Part shown: in pieces, positions 50,410 through 64,000 of the stretch
How the letters are laid out: each line of letters starts with the position of its first letter
Position numbering within the stretch: position 1 is the first letter of the stretch
Assembly (NCBI RefSeq): GCF_018977255.1
Contig: NW_024704742.1
Span: 102,674,001-102,738,000, forward strand
Origin: Callorhinchus milii
Lineage: Eukaryota
Direction of reading: 5' to 3'
DNA length: 64,000 nt
Notes under the pieces: model-generated
Told to the model about the DNA's origin: nothing
The model's input: only the letters and a program-made list of their open reading frames with translations
Database searches by the model: none
Translations under genes and position numbers: made by a program

Positions 50410-51035
50410 TGTGAGGTCCTGGGCTCGATTCCCGGGCAGCGCGATACATTGGGCAAGTTTCTTTACTCCACATGCTTATGTTTATCTAGCAATAAGTAGG
50501 AACTCAGTTGTTAGTCAATTGGCGGATCGCTTTTCCAAGGGTAATAATCCCTTCAAAGAAAAATTTAAGCAAAATAATAATAAATATTTGGCCACTCAAT
50601 CCACTACTGTTTGTGGGACACTGCTGTGCGCAATTACCTGCCGCATTTCGCCTATAAAATATACAGCCAATTCACTTTACTGGACTGGACTATTCAAATG
50701 CCCTCCTCGCCAATCTCCCCTCCACTACAATTCATAAAATCTAGGTCATCGAGAACTCTGCCTCCCGCATTCGCACCCGCACCAAACTCCGCTCCCCGAT
50801 TACCCCAGTCCTTGCCAGACTACACTGGCTGTCTGTCCCAGAGAGAATCGATTTCAAGATCTTCACTCTTGTCTTCAAATCCCTCCACTCCTCTGCACCC
50901 CCCTACCTCTCTGACCTCCTCTCTCCTCACAACAGTGCCCGTTGCCTTCGCTCCACTGGGTCTGGCCTCCTCCTTGTCCCCTGAATCCTCCACTCCAACA
51001 TCGGAGGTCTTCAGCCACTACGCCCCGAGGCTTCC
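50410..51035 (+). mobile_element. SINE (50410-50680) followed by an L2 fragment
   Basis: Family SINE core, then an LHWLSVPERIDFKI L2 segment. Confidence 0.75.
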
Positions 51036-51802
51036 TATTTTCTATTCCTATGTTGTTGTTGAGGTATAGGCTAATAGTAGTTGCTAAGAATGACTATCAA
51101 TCCTCATAATGCAACACATTTAATCACATTTGTTTGTTTCTATTCTCTCAGAACATCTGCAATGTTTATTGCCTCCTTCAAGTGATTGTCAGCATTTCCC
51201 AATTCTCAACTCTTGGCTCTGAAAGTGCTCCAGCGTAAAATCTATCTGGGGTGTTCATTGTTCTCCAAATCTTTCAGTCTCTGCAGAACCTGTTTTACTA
51301 ATGTTAGAGGCCTGGAGCACACGCAAAATGTGTGATTGACAAATCGTTGATTTCCTACTTAATAAAAACCTCCAAGAAGTAATTATTTAGTATGTTTGCT
51401 ATCTCTTGTTAATCCTCAATTTCAACTCCCTTTGGGCTCTATGGAATTTTAGCTACTTCCCTGACTACCTCTTGCTGTTATAGTGTTAGGAGAATTGTTC
51501 AGCATGCATTTTTACATCAGCTGCACCAGTTCCCATAATTTATTTTCTTGATCTGCTTCTTTATAACTTTGTAGTCAGCCAAACAATTCTCCTCTCCCTT
51601 CTCCCTACAAGCTTTCTAAATCTTTGCCTTCTCCCCCATTTTAGTCTCCTTTTTAATTTTCATGTTGACATATTTCAGAGCATTTTTAGTTAATAATATT
51701 CATTGACAAACTCAGTCAGAGTCAATTCCCATTTGGACGTTCCTAATTTACATTGGGCTTGTTAAAGTATCTAATCAGTTCTACCCTTTCTCATTATTAT
51801 TT

Positions 51803-53018
51803 ATAATAATAATAATCTTTGCATTTGTTATAGCGCTTTTCAGGTCTTCTGGACATCTCAAAGCTCTTCACAGAATAGACTGTAAAGTGAAATGACTGTA
51901 TATTTATGGGAGAAATGCGGCAGCCAATTGCGCACAGCAGTGTCCCACAAACAGTCGTGGATTGAAGTGACCAATTTGATTAGAGTATAAGAGTAGGGAA
52001 GTCTTGCTGCAACTGTATAGGGCCCTGGTGAGACCACACCTGGAATACTGTGTGCAGTTTTGGTCTCCTTATTTAAGGAAGGATGTACTTGTCTTGGAGG
52101 GGATGCAGCGTAGATTTACTAGGTTAGTACCAGGGATGAAGTGGATGAGTTACGAGGATAGGCTAACCAATTTGGGCCTATATTCTCTAGAATATAGAAG
52201 AATTAGAGGGGATCTTATAGAAACCTATAAGATCATCAAATGGCATGATAGAGTAATAATAATAATAATCCTTGCATTTGATATAGCGCTTTTCACGTCG
52301 GGAGGACGTCCCAAAGCGCTTCACAGAACACACTGTAAAGTGAATTGACTGTAAATTTGTGGGCAAACGCGGCAGCCAATTGCGCACAGCAATGTCCCAC
52401 AAACAGTTGTAGATTGAAAATGATTTTTATTATTGTTTTTGGTTTTTGGAAGGATTATTATTAGGCGTGTGGAGTAAGGAAACTTGCCCAAGGTTTCGCC
52501 CTGCCTGGAATTGAACTCAGATCTCTCACTTGCAAAGCGAGTGCTCTAACCACTGAGCTACAGATAGTGGGAGATTGTTTCCCCTGGTTGGAGAAACTAA
52601 AACCAGGGGTCACAACCTTAAAATCAGAGCCCAGCCCTTTTGCACTGAGTTGAGGAAGTGCTTCTTCACTCAAAGGGTGGTGAATGTATGGAACTCACTA
52701 CCCCAAAGGGCTCTTGACGCTCAGTCCTTGAACATATTCAAGACTGAGATAGATTTCTTATTGCAAAAGGGATATGGGGATAAGGCAGGGTTATGGTATT
52801 AGCTGGAGTTAGATTAGAAGATCAGCCATGATTGAATGGCGGGGCAGGCTCGAAGGGCCAAATGGCCTACTCCTGCTCCTACTTGTTATGTTATTTATTA
52901 TTGTTTTTTTTTCTTGAGGGAGTAAGGAAACTTGCCCAACATTTCGCCCTGCCTGGAATCAAACCCAGGTCTCTCACTTGTGAGGCGAGTGCTCTAACCA
53001 CTGAGCTACAGGACTCCA
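51803..53018. mobile_element. Minus-strand SINE split by a plus-strand CR1 3' fragment (51980-52900), itself split by a young minus-strand SINE (52254-52563)
   Basis: CR1 LVRPHLEYCVQFWSP..RRIRGDLIETYK, then TRGHNLK..FFTQRVVNVWNSLP. SINE tail at 51803 and head at 52920-53018. Confidence 0.85.
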
Positions 53019-53259
53019 GGGTTTGGTGATCTGCAGCCAAATGTTATGCTTTAATTTCTCATTTCCAAGCGGTTACATTCCTGCTTTATCCTGTGATGTG
53101 GCTGAACCTCTTTACTCCTGAGGTGCCCCTTATACATAAGGCAACTGTTGGTGATCGCATGATGATCTGCCAGTCCAACCCAATCATTGGTTTTGATTGA
53201 TTGGTTATTGATTTATGGTCAAACCATCAATATCGCTTTTTGGCAGCGACTCCACCACA

Positions 53260-54867
53260 GGAGTGTGTGTGTGAGAGAGAGAGTCTGTCTGTCTCTCTGT
53301 GAGTGTCTCTCTGTGTATCTAAGTGAATGTCTGTGCCTGAGTGTCTGTGTGTATCTGTGAGTGTGTGTATGTCTCTGTGTGTGTGTTTGTGAGTGTCTGT
53401 GTGTCTCTCTGTGAGTGTGTGTGAGTGTTTGTGTGTCTGAGTGTGTCTCTCTGTTTGTGTCTGTATGTCTCTCTGCATATCTATGAGTATGTGTCTCTTT
53501 CTCTATGTCTGTGTGTCTCTCTCTGAGTAGCTCTATGTGAGTGTGTGTGTGTCTCCCTACGTGTGTGGGTGTCTATGTATGTGTGTCTATATGTGGGTGT
53601 GTCTGTGTGGGTGTGTCTGAGTATCTCTATGTGAGTATGTGTCTCCCTATGTGTGTGTCTGTGTGTGTGTATCTGAGTGTCTCTCCACAAGTAGCTATGT
53701 GTGTATGTCTCCCTATGTGTGTGTGTGTCTGTTAGTGTCTGTATGTGTGTGTGACCCTCTCTCTGTTTGTTTGAGTGTGTGTGTGTGTCCCCCTCTGTTT
53801 GTTTGCGAGAGTCTGTATGTGTGTGTGTCCCCCTCTCTGTTTGTTTGAGTGTGTGTGTGTGTGTCCCCCTCTGTTTGCGAGAGTCTGTATGTGTGTGTGT
53901 CCCTCTCTCTGTTTGTTTGTGAGTGTCTGTATGTATGTATGTGTGTTTGTGAGTGTCTGTATGTGTGTGTGTCCCTCTCTCTGTGTGTTTGTGAGTGTCT
54001 GTATGTGTGTGTGTCCCTCTCTCTGTGTGTTTGTGGGTGTCTGTATGTGTGTGTGTCCCTCTCTGTTTGTTTGTGAGTGTCTGTATGTGTGTGTTTGTGA
54101 GTGTCTGTAGTGTGTGTGACCCTCTCTCCGTTTGATTGAGTGTGTGTGTGTGTCCCCCTCTCTGTTTGTTTGCGAGAGTCTGTATGTGTGTGTGTCCATC
54201 TCTCTGTTTGTTTGTGTGTGTGTGTGTCCCTCTGTTTGTGTGTGTGTGTGTCCCCCTGTTTGTTTGTGAGTGTCTGTATGTGTGTATCTGTGAGTGTGTG
54301 TATGTTTGTGAGTGTCTGTGTGTCTCTCTGTGAGTGTCTGTGTGTCTCTCTATGAGTGTGTGTGTGTTTTTGTGTCTGAGTGTGTCTCTCTGTTTGTGTC
54401 TGTATGTCTCTCTGCATATCTATGAGTATGTGTCCCTCTCTGTTTGTTTGTGAATGTCTGTATGTGTGTATTTGTGAGTGTATGTATGTTTGTGAGTGTC
54501 TGTATGTGTGTGTGTCCCTCTCTCTGTGTGTTTGTGAGTGTCTGTATGTGTTTGTTTGTGAGTGTCTGTATGTGTGTGTGTCCCTCTCTCTGTGTGTTTG
54601 TGAGTGTCTGTATGTGTGTGTTTGTGAGTGTCTGTATGTGTGTGTGTCCCTCTCTCTGTGTGTTTGTGAGTGTCTGTATGTGTGTGTGTGTGTGTCCCTC
54701 TCTCTGTGTGTTTGTGCGTGTATGTGTGTGGGTCCTTCTCTGTTTGTTTGTGAATGTCTGTGTGTGTGTCTGTGAGTGTCCCTCGGTGAGTATCTCTATG
54801 TGAGTCTGTCTCTTTCTCTATTGTGTGTTTGCGAGTGTTCGTGTGAGTATCTCACTCTCTCTGTTTG
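53260..54867. repeat. 1.6-kb compound (TG/TC)-rich satellite with ~42-bp higher-order units
   Basis: Recurring GTGAGTGTCTGTATGTGTGTGTGTCCCTCTCTCTGTGTGTTT. ~100-bp direct repeat at ~53393-53495 and ~54333-54434. Confidence 0.95.
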
Positions 54868-55669
54868 TAATTGGCTTCAGCATCCTCGGGTTAGGGAGGA
54901 AAAATCACTCAGGGTTCACACGCCCGATCATATGTAGAGAATGCTGCTAGAAGATTCGTTTGTATATTGGGTGGGTGAGAACACAATAACCCATGGCTGT
55001 GATGCCTCCATACCCGAATGGTCTGGTAGCTCTCACTGTGAAGGCAAATGCATGAATAATGGTTACTTGGGCATAGTGATGGAGGTTGCTAGTATGATGG
55101 AACCATACTTGAGAGAAAGAGAAATGGAATTAAATACAGAAGAGAAAATTGGCAGAGAAACCAAACGTGCTAATGTTTAAGTATAGTTGGCAGTGGCAAA
55201 TCCAGACTTGAAGCACTGGGCATACTTATTTGTAATCAATAAAAGTCCTTGCTGATTGGAGTGAGAAAAATGTGTCAAGTGATTTTATACAGATCCATGG
55301 CAATACTTGTCACTGGTATCCTCATGCAGTGTTCCTGAACCTGACTTGAGCAGAACTTCCTCCCACAGACTGCAGGTTATCTCACAGTTCACAATGTTTC
55401 CAATTGTTCTTCCATGTTTTTGAGGAAGGCCAACATAAATTGCACAGCACTGCTGTATTAATAACTTAGAAAATAATATCTGTTCACCCTTACAAGAAAT
55501 ATGTCATTTGTATTTTTTTAAAAAGTACTTGTCAATCAGGCGGCTAGTTATTTTCACCAATACAGTGACTGCTTTATCTCTGGAGCTGCAGTAACCCACA
55601 TTGCTAAACCTAAGTTCTAAGAGGAATTTTTATGTATTTGTCAAATAGCTCAGCAGTAGTTAACACAGA

Positions 55670-56260
55670 TTGCATAGATTTACATAGAATCTACAGCACA
55701 GAAACTGGCCAATCTATCTAATTGAGCCAATCTGGCTAATTCCACATGAGCTCCGTAACTCTTCTTTCCTTCTCTCTCTCATTTGCATCAGATTTTCTCT
55801 TAAACATACTGATGCTTTCTTCTTCAATCACAGCTTCTGGAAGCAATTCTCACCACGCGCTGTGTAAAGATGTTTCCCTTAAACTTTTATATCTATTAGT
55901 GTCTATCTTATAATTATGTTGTTATGAACTCGCTAATTAATTGAAAGAGTTTATCAAACCGCTTCATAAATTTAAACACATCTATTAGGTATTTATTTCA
56001 ATTTGTCTCTATCTCAATTGCTTCATCCCCAGGGAAAAAAGCTCTAACTTGTCGAATCTTTTCTGATAGTTTTATCGTTCATCCCTGGTAACGTCCTAGT
56101 ACATCTATGCTGTACTGTCCCCATTGACAATATCCTTCTTGTACCAGTACTGTATACAATATTTCAAACGTTGCTTTTGTACTCTATTCCTCTGCACACA
56201 ATGTCCATGACTTTATTTTCATTCTTTTATGGCTTTATCCACATGATGTATTGCATTGTT
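55670..56260 (-). mobile_element. Old CR1 3' fragment
   Basis: CATAGATTTACATAGAATCTACAGCACAG tail (reverse of the CR1 3' end) and a degenerate ORF2 C-terminus. Confidence 0.6.
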
Positions 56261-56456
56261 ATATAAAAACTAAACAGAAGCATAATTATTTTATTTTGTG
56301 TAATTAAAAGACACTTGAGCAGTATAAGCAACATGAAGTTGCAATGATATTCCACATAGATTTTTTTTATAGTTCAACTTCTTCTCAAGCAATTATTGCT
56401 GTAAGAATATTCCTGCCTCTTGCTTCTGTTTCAGTGTTGGTGGTTGACATTGGAGA

Positions 56457-56818
56457 TAATAATAATGTTCTTGCATTTGATATAGTGCCTTATCACGTTT
56501 TTGACACATCTCAAAGAGCTTCACAGAATATACTGTAAAGTGAATTGACTGTATATTTTGTGGGCGAAACGCGGCAGTCAATTGTGCACGGCAGCATCCC
56601 ACAAACAGCCGTGGATTGAGTGACCAATTTTTATTTTTTTGAAGGAATTATTAACCCCAGAAAAGTGCTCTGCCAATTGACGAATTAAGTTCCTACTTAC
56701 TGATAGGTTAATAGGCGTATGGAGTAAGGAAACTTACCCAACGTTTCACCCTGCTGGGAATTGAACCCAGGTCTCTCGCTTGTGAGGCGAGTGCTCTAAC
56801 TGAGCTTATAGAATCCAC
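56457..56818 (-). mobile_element. tRNA-derived SINE, full length
   Basis: Same family as 46211-46589. Confidence 0.85.
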
Positions 56819-58195
56819 ATTACGTTTGCTTTGGGGTAGTCTCAACTGTGGGACATTTCAGTACATGTGCTTAGGAGTACTAAATTACCTAGCTGATGTA
56901 CATGTTTGTTGTGGCTGAATTCCACAGGATTTCTCCATAAAGCATTTGGAATCTCTCTGTTTGAAGCTCTGGACAAAACTAGCTAGGTTACCTTTTGCAG
57001 TGGGTTACAATTAAGTTAGTTTTACAATTTCATTACGTCTGACTAACTGTAACTAACAAATTCCCACTTTTGTGTGTTTATAGCCATATTATGAATGGTG
57101 CTTCAGTTCACATTCTGTTCTACTTTCTTCAACTCTTACACAACTCAGTTTATGCTTTCCTAGGGATGCCAACCTTCAGTTTATGCGTCGTACTGTAACA
57201 ATAGCCTTCAAGTATGCACATTGAGGCTCCAATGAGACCCCATCTATTAAGGATGCTCTTAATTTGAATTGAATGTGGTGATGAAATATTCAGTTTCACG
57301 AACTGTATTTTCTTTGTCTGTCGGGCGTCAGACACGTACGGAAACCTATCACCATGCTTAAGAGTATCCAAACCAAAATGAGAATTCCATGCATCCCACC
57401 TACACATGGATATTCCAGAGATAGATTATTGGAATGTAATGTGCACCCTCTCTGTGGAGGGATGCATCCTGCTTACTTAATTCCAGAAAGAAGTAGGCGC
57501 AAGTTGGCAACAGCCAATGTTTGGCTGTCTGGCAAAGAACTTCCAATAGCTACAGCATCAAAGAAGTTGTGAGCTCGGGGAATAGATGAATCACAGCAAT
57601 CTCTGTTGAGTTTTAAATAAACATTCATGTCCTTTTGACAATGCAGAAAAGATACCTTCTTGAGATATGCATTGGCCTCCCACAGAAGACCTGAGTTTGA
57701 CTTACAGTGTTGTTTGCAGTTTGCTGCTTAAGTAATTAATCTTCTTTGGATGCTTCCCCCTTAGGGTATGTGTTTGCTGGTGTGAGATGGGTGAGCTGCC
57801 TAAGTGAGCCTGACATGTTTTTACAGCAAGAAATTAAAATCAGATGGTAGAAGTCGCAGCTCTCAGAGTACTCTTCACAATGATTTTATTCTATGACAGT
57901 CTGGACTCTCATTCCATTAAAGCAGCACTTCCTTTGTTTGTACCAGAGCTTTGGGACGTCCTCCCGACGTGAAAAGCGCTCTATAAATGTAATTTTGTTG
58001 TTATTGTTGTATTCCTTCTCGTGTCAATGTCATCAGCAGGAGGGGGTGACTGAGTTTACATTACAAGTTATCAACTTGTCCAGATTTCAAGCCAACTTCA
58101 TACGTATAATTTCCTCATCAAATGCACTCCAATCCTTTCAGAAATAACTGGTTTGCATCACACAGACATTTTATGTCTTCTTTTAGAAACTGTGA

Positions 58196-58830
58196 TAACA
58201 ACAAATTACACTTGTATAGCGCACTTCACATTGGAAAGAAGTATCAGGGAGCTGGATATTCAGGGATTTTGGCCCTGAGCTGGGAGTTGAGGTCAGGAGG
58301 GGTGGAGGGCTGGAGGAGTGGAGGTGGCAGGGTGACCAAAGGCACGGTCAAAGTGGAAGATCTTTAGACGGGACTTGAAGGAGGCAAGAAAGGGGTTAAG
58401 CTGGAAGGATTGCGGGATAGAGTTCCAGAGCGTGGGGGCAGAGTTGCCAAGTGCCCAACCACCAATGATGGGGCGGGAAGTGATGGGGACCTGAAGCAGG
58501 CCAGTGTCCGCCAAGCGGAGGGATTGGACAGGTTGACATGGGGTTAGGCGGTCACAGAGGTAGGGAGAGCAAGACCATGCAGGGCTTTGAAGTTGAGAAT
58601 AAGGGTTTTGAACTTGATTCTCTGAGGGATGGGGACCCAATGAAGCCAGGCAAGGATGGGGATGATGGGTCGCAGAGCCTGGTGTGGGAGAGAACACGAG
58701 CTGCAAAGTTTTGAACCATCTGCAGCTTGTGGAGGGAAGAGTTGGGAAGTCCAGCGAGCAGGCACTTCACCTCAATGCAGTAAGCCCGAGCTTCCTGGAC
58801 TTTGGGATCCAGCATTCAAACCTAGCCGGA
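58196..58830 (-). mobile_element. L2 3' fragment
   Basis: LAGLPNSSLHKLQMVQN, LHWVPIPQRIKFK motifs. Confidence 0.85.
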
Positions 58831-59394
58831 CCGGGCCCAAAACCTAAAATTAAAAAATAATTTCCTTGGGCGTTGTCAGTGCGTGTGTAGAATCCCACCA
58901 GCCTAACTCTCCTAGCCTGTGCCAACATTGTACTGAGCAGCCTCACTGTCCTTTCAAGCCTTCACAATGGCCAGGAGTACTGACTTTGACTCTGATTGTT
59001 TGAATCCTGGAAGCAGAAGATAGCTTCACACAATTACAATGCCGGTGTTGTAATGACACCTTCCAGCATTGTAATTACACTTAGTTGGAAATTCCAACTC
59101 GCAGGACCAGATCTCACTCTCCAGCATTTGCATTAGTCTGGCCAGCCAGGGTTTAAGTCTTTTAGGGTTCAAGTAATTTACTGGTTTGTCAATGAGCACA
59201 TCCTTTAACTGCTGAACCAATATCTGAGGTGCTTCACCAGATTTTGATCTTAATAATACATCTGAGGCCTGAAATTTAGGTTAAACACTCTGAATAATAT
59301 TGACAATAAAAAGAACATCTAAAAGTGCTTCACTGAGTTTTCTCTGTATTGTATAGTAACTGTGTATCATAGAATCATAGAAATGTATACAGCA

Positions 59395-60280
59395 ATAACA
59401 ACAAGATTACATTTGTATAGTGCTTTTCATGTTTGGAGGACGTCCCAAGGCACTGGACAGTGCAATGCATTTCAGACCCGAGCTGGGATCAGGGGGGGAG
59501 AAGGGAGGGGAAGGGAAGGGGGGTGGCCGATGGCATGGTCAAAGAGGAATAGCAAGGGGGTCATTTGGCCCATTGAGTCAGCACAGACTCGCAGAGCAAG
59601 ATGTAAGTTCAATCCAACTGTCCTGCCTCATCCCAATATCCCTTCAGGCCTCTATCATTCCCATCTACTTCCCTCTTGAAACCCACTATGAACTCTGCAC
59701 CACTATAGTTGGCAGGGCATTCCATGTCCCAACATCTCTCTGAGTGAAAACATTTCACCAAAGTTCTCCTTTTGCCCTTGTGGGGCTATCTGATAACTCC
59801 CCATTTGTCGGCCTTCCTAACTCTTCGCTCCACAAGCTGCAGATGATCCAGAACTCTGCAGCTGGTGTCCTCTCCAGCACCAGGCTCCATAACCCCATCA
59901 CCTCCACCCTCACACGGCTCTATTGGCTCCCCATTCCCTCAGAGGATAGAGTTCAGAATCCTCGTCCTCGTCTTCAAGGCCCTCCACAGCCCTGCTCCTC
60001 CCTACCTCTGCGATCTGCTGAGCCCATATCAACTTGTCCACTCCTCTCAGCAGGCTGTGGCCTGCCCCATGTCCCCAACTGATCCGCCCCACCATTGGTA
60101 GTCGGGCCTTCAGTCTTTCTGCCCCCACCCTATGGAACTCCATCCCAAATACCCTTTGCCTCGCTCCCTCCCTTGCCTCCGTCAAGGTTCGTATCAAACC
60201 CTCCTCTTCGACTGAGCCTTCAGGCACCCTCCTGCCCTCCACCCTCCCCAATCCTGAACCCTGCTCAGGTCCCAGTGCTG
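59395..60280. mobile_element. Minus-strand L2 tail and CR1 remnant, then a plus-strand L2 3' fragment (59800-60280)
   Basis: VGLPNSSLHKLQMIQNSAAG, GSRAFSLSAPTLWNSIP. Confidence 0.8.
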
Positions 60281-63200
60281 AAAAGTTATTCAGACAGATG
60301 TACTGACTGAATTTTTATGAAAAAAAATAATTTATGTAATATCAATAAAGATAATGAATAAAAAAGTAGAAACAGCTTAAGGGGCAATTTAAAATATTTA
60401 GTAATATTTCATTAGAGCCAATTGTTTATTTCTCTGGACTGATTTCATTGTCCTAGTTCGAGGCATATGTTGAATCGCTCCTCACACCCATGTTCATTTT
60501 CCGGGTTTCTGGTTTGATTCAGCGGAATTTTTACCAGGAAGGTGGTCTGTGCATATCAGTGAGATGGCAAACTAAGCTACCAGTAGATGGAATTAATATA
60601 GACTAGATTTGGAGGGGAAAGGGGTAATGCTTTGGTAGAAAAGAATGAGCTGAGGCCAGGGGTTGATCAGAAGAGCCTTGTGGTCAGGGTGAAGGGAGAA
60701 AGGGTAACAATGGGTTTTAATTTACTAACTTTGCAAACGAGATCACAGTTTGCGCTAAAATTTGTGGCTTGCGAATCCCAAATTGACTGAAGTCTGGAAA
60801 AATTCTGGAGAATACACAGGCGGGAAGTGGCTGGCTTGGGCTTCCTGATTCACAGGTCATGGATTTCACAAGCAGAAACTATCCCAAATAATTTTTTGGA
60901 AATATCACAAGTTAAATAATAATATTCCTCACAATTCACTGGGGGAGGATATCTCAAAGTGGCTTAAGGATTTACTGTTAAGTTTAGTGACTGTCTATTT
61001 TTGTAGCTGAACAAAAGTTATATAATAATAATAATCCTTGCATTTAATATACCAATTTATTATTGTTATTAAAAGTTAAACTCCAAAAGGATCCAAGGCG
61101 ATTCTTTGGTTTATTATGTCATTCTGTGTTTATAATGGGTGGTTTAATTTATAAACATGTAATGAAAAGATTGCTCTTTTACCAATTTTCATGGCAAAAG
61201 GATCAAATAGGTGGCAAAAGGATCAAATGGAGGAAATGCTCTCTTGGACAATAACTTCTAACGCTTTTTACTTATGCAAGCAGCATCAAAAATAAACTGA
61301 AAATTAGAATTATTTGCAGCCAGTGAAAATATTGACATTAGTGGCATCACATACATTATAACTGAGGGCAAAAATTGTAACATGATAATCATAGTTGACT
61401 CGATTACATAGAGTTAATATAATAAAACCAGGGATGACAAGAAGAGAGGAATGAATACAGAAGACGTTTAATAGATTACATTTTCTGCTTACCAATCCAC
61501 CAGAATGGATCAGTAACTTGGATATGGGTAAAAGTAAGGCTCCAATGGTCATTGTGTGCTTAGATGTGGTACTGTAACAATAACTAAGATCAGAAATAAT
61601 AATAGAGGTGTCTGAATTTAGGAATGCAAATTTTGGAGTGTAAATGGGATTCTAGAAGGATTAAGAGGGAAGCAGGACAGGAAAGCAAAACAACAGAGGA
61701 AAAATGAATTCTTTAAGAAAGATTTTAAGGAAGCTGGAAATAAAATAGATCCCTACCGTATATGTAAAAAATATAATAATAATAATAATAATCCTTGCAT
61801 GTGATATAACGCTTTTCATGTCTTCTAGACGCCTCAAAGCGCTTCACAGAATATGTTGTAAAGTGAATTGACTGTATATTTGTGGGCGAAATATAGCACA
61901 ACCAAGCGTGAAAATGGCTGAATAAGGAGATCAAAGCTAACCTAAAGGCCAGACAGAAATATTTTACAATACGAAACAAGATTGGTCAGAAGTTTTGATT
62001 TACCCTAACTCTCTCACACACTCTCTCTCTCACACACACACACACTCTCTCTCACACCCTTCTCGTTGTCATATTTTTAATTCACTTTACAGTATATTCT
62101 GTGAAGCGCTTTGAGATGTCTCAACGATGTAATAAGGCACTATATCAAATGTAAGGATTATATTAGTTTTATTATTTTCAGTTAAATCTTGGATGAGATG
62201 TAAATTAAAATTAATTCCATTTCAGATGAGAGTTCAAGACAAAACAACTCATATGCTTAAAGACAAGGTAGGAAAACTACAATTCTGGTCCATGCTAGCC
62301 CCAGATTCCTCCATTACACATTAAATCTCCGTCCCAGCAAGAGTTTTAACAAATTGAAATAGCTAAGCAGAGACCAGGCAGTTGGCATGAGTAATTCTCC
62401 TTCATGTCATAATAAAATATACGCTGGTCACAAGAAGTTCAGTGCTTAGGATCACTGATCTTGCCGACAATTGTAAAATGAGGATTAATGGCTTTGGTTA
62501 GTGAAACATTAAATTCAGGGACGATCCAGGCCATCTGCTTGCATGAGTTATTTGTTCAATGTGACTCAACAAGCCAAAATGTTTAAACGTCCTCATCATG
62601 AACTGCTTTTGGAATTGACAACAGTCCGAGTGCTTCCTGATACAGCTGCAACATGAATGTCAAACATCTGCTGTATAACAGCATGTTTTAGAATAGGTCC
62701 ATGATATTCTGGTTGATTTAAGACTTTTGGGGTGTTCAGTACAAAGGGAAACGGACAAATGACAGTGTAAAAGTCCTGGAGGATAAACGTTTGGCTCGTG
62801 CCCCATTTTCAACCCTTGTTGATTGATAGAAACTGCTCTGCAATGTATACTGCTGTACTGAAAGTCTGTCAAAAGCCTCTGTTTGATGAAATGCCTGGTG
62901 CCACCTTAATGCTTCACTAACTATATTTTGCTAAATTACTAAAATGTGAAATGCTAGTCTTTGTTTGGACTCCCGGGAGAGGTAAGCAGGGTCTCCTTGA
63001 AGCTGAGCTGACTCAAAAGTAATGTGCTTAGTATCAGAATTGAGTCAACATTCTGTGGCAATCTGGTTTTCATCCAAGTAGGTCCACAATATTCCAGGAC
63101 ACAGCTGGTGACAGACCGTCAATCCTGGATTATTAGCAGGGCTTGGAGGGCAGACCAGTCACTGGACAGGTATTATTCACAATTTTCTCCTGGTAAACTT

Positions 63201-64000
63201 GCATTCTAAAGTCCTAATGGTAATCCTAGCTAGACAAGCAGTGGCAATCTTGCCAGGCAATGCTCTTAATGTCAAGCTATGCAGTTTTAACTGGTTAAAC
63301 ATCCAGCAAAACCCAAAGCAATCATGAGTCCCTAACCTTGGCGTTCGGCAAACTAATACTCTCCATTAGATAAGCACAATGCGTCCCTCCAGGATAAATG
63401 CACATTCTATTTCAGACACGGGAAAATTTTGATGTGTAGGTGGCATATATATGTACAACTCTCAGACTGGTTTAATCTTAAATACGGGGATGGGCTTCTG
63501 CATGCATCAGACACCTGGCTGACCAAAAAAAATGGACTTGGAGGTTCAATCATGGCTTACAAATATCATTACGAGCCATTCAGATCAGATATTTTCTCAG
63601 GAAATCACATTAACAATTTGTGACGCCCCAGTGCTTTTCTGAATCCGAATAAGTGTTTGGGAAAGCTCTGACCTGTTGTTGAATGAAACATGGTACTAAA
63701 TTTCATTGACACAGATGAGATATTCTGTTTATTCTGTCTGTGCAAGTGATCCTTCAGATCCTAGGCATCCTTTACATTGATTCTATAGTAATTCATACTG
63801 TCTGTTATTTGCCAGAAACCAACTGGGGATTGTCACTCAGCAGACTCGCACGGATTAAATCACAATTGTTGATTCTTCAGTCTGGATGTCATTACCGCAT
63901 CCACTGCACAGAACCTGCTGTTTGTCTGAATCTCATTGCCGGCCAACAGAAAGAACACAAAATGGACTAACCCATTGAACTCCACAGTGTATATTACAAA

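Noticed and set aside
52940..53018. tRNA-Ala-like genes (also near 9530-9590, 25360-25435, 28730-28798, 41530-41603, 46211-46280, 56750-56818)
   Set aside because: They are SINE heads, in most copies continuing into the SINE body; the acceptor stems are broken.
53227..54803. HT-rich and CV-rich ORFs up to 234 aa
   Set aside because: Artefacts of the TG/TC satellite.

Overview
Vertebrate genomic DNA. The CR1/L2/Penelope/SINE repeat content points to a cartilaginous fish (inference). Two host genes lie in tandem on the minus strand. ARL14EPL is complete: 3 coding exons, 24699->21122, 180 aa. COMMD10 is partial: coding exons 1-3 at 17180->10130, with later exons not found and presumably left of the window. 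It has a CpG-rich promoter next to a 24-bp minisatellite. The most notable object is in COMMD10 intron 1: a full-length, TIR- and TSD-bounded hAT DNA transposon (12400-15266). Its decayed, probably spliced transposase begins with a CGGBP1-like zinc-finger region, keeps a CpG-rich internal promoter, and was disrupted by insertions apparently copied from nearby DNA. A deletion-derivative MITE of the same family lies 4 kb away inside a four-layer nest (Tc1/mariner MITE > hAT MITE > CR1 > L2). The rest is mostly L2, CR1 and tRNA-derived SINEs, plus two non-autonomous Helitrons, two Penelope-like fragments with hammerhead-ribozyme motifs, and satellites. I found no recognisable exons from ~25 to 64 kb. 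All similarity calls are by eye; no database was searched.
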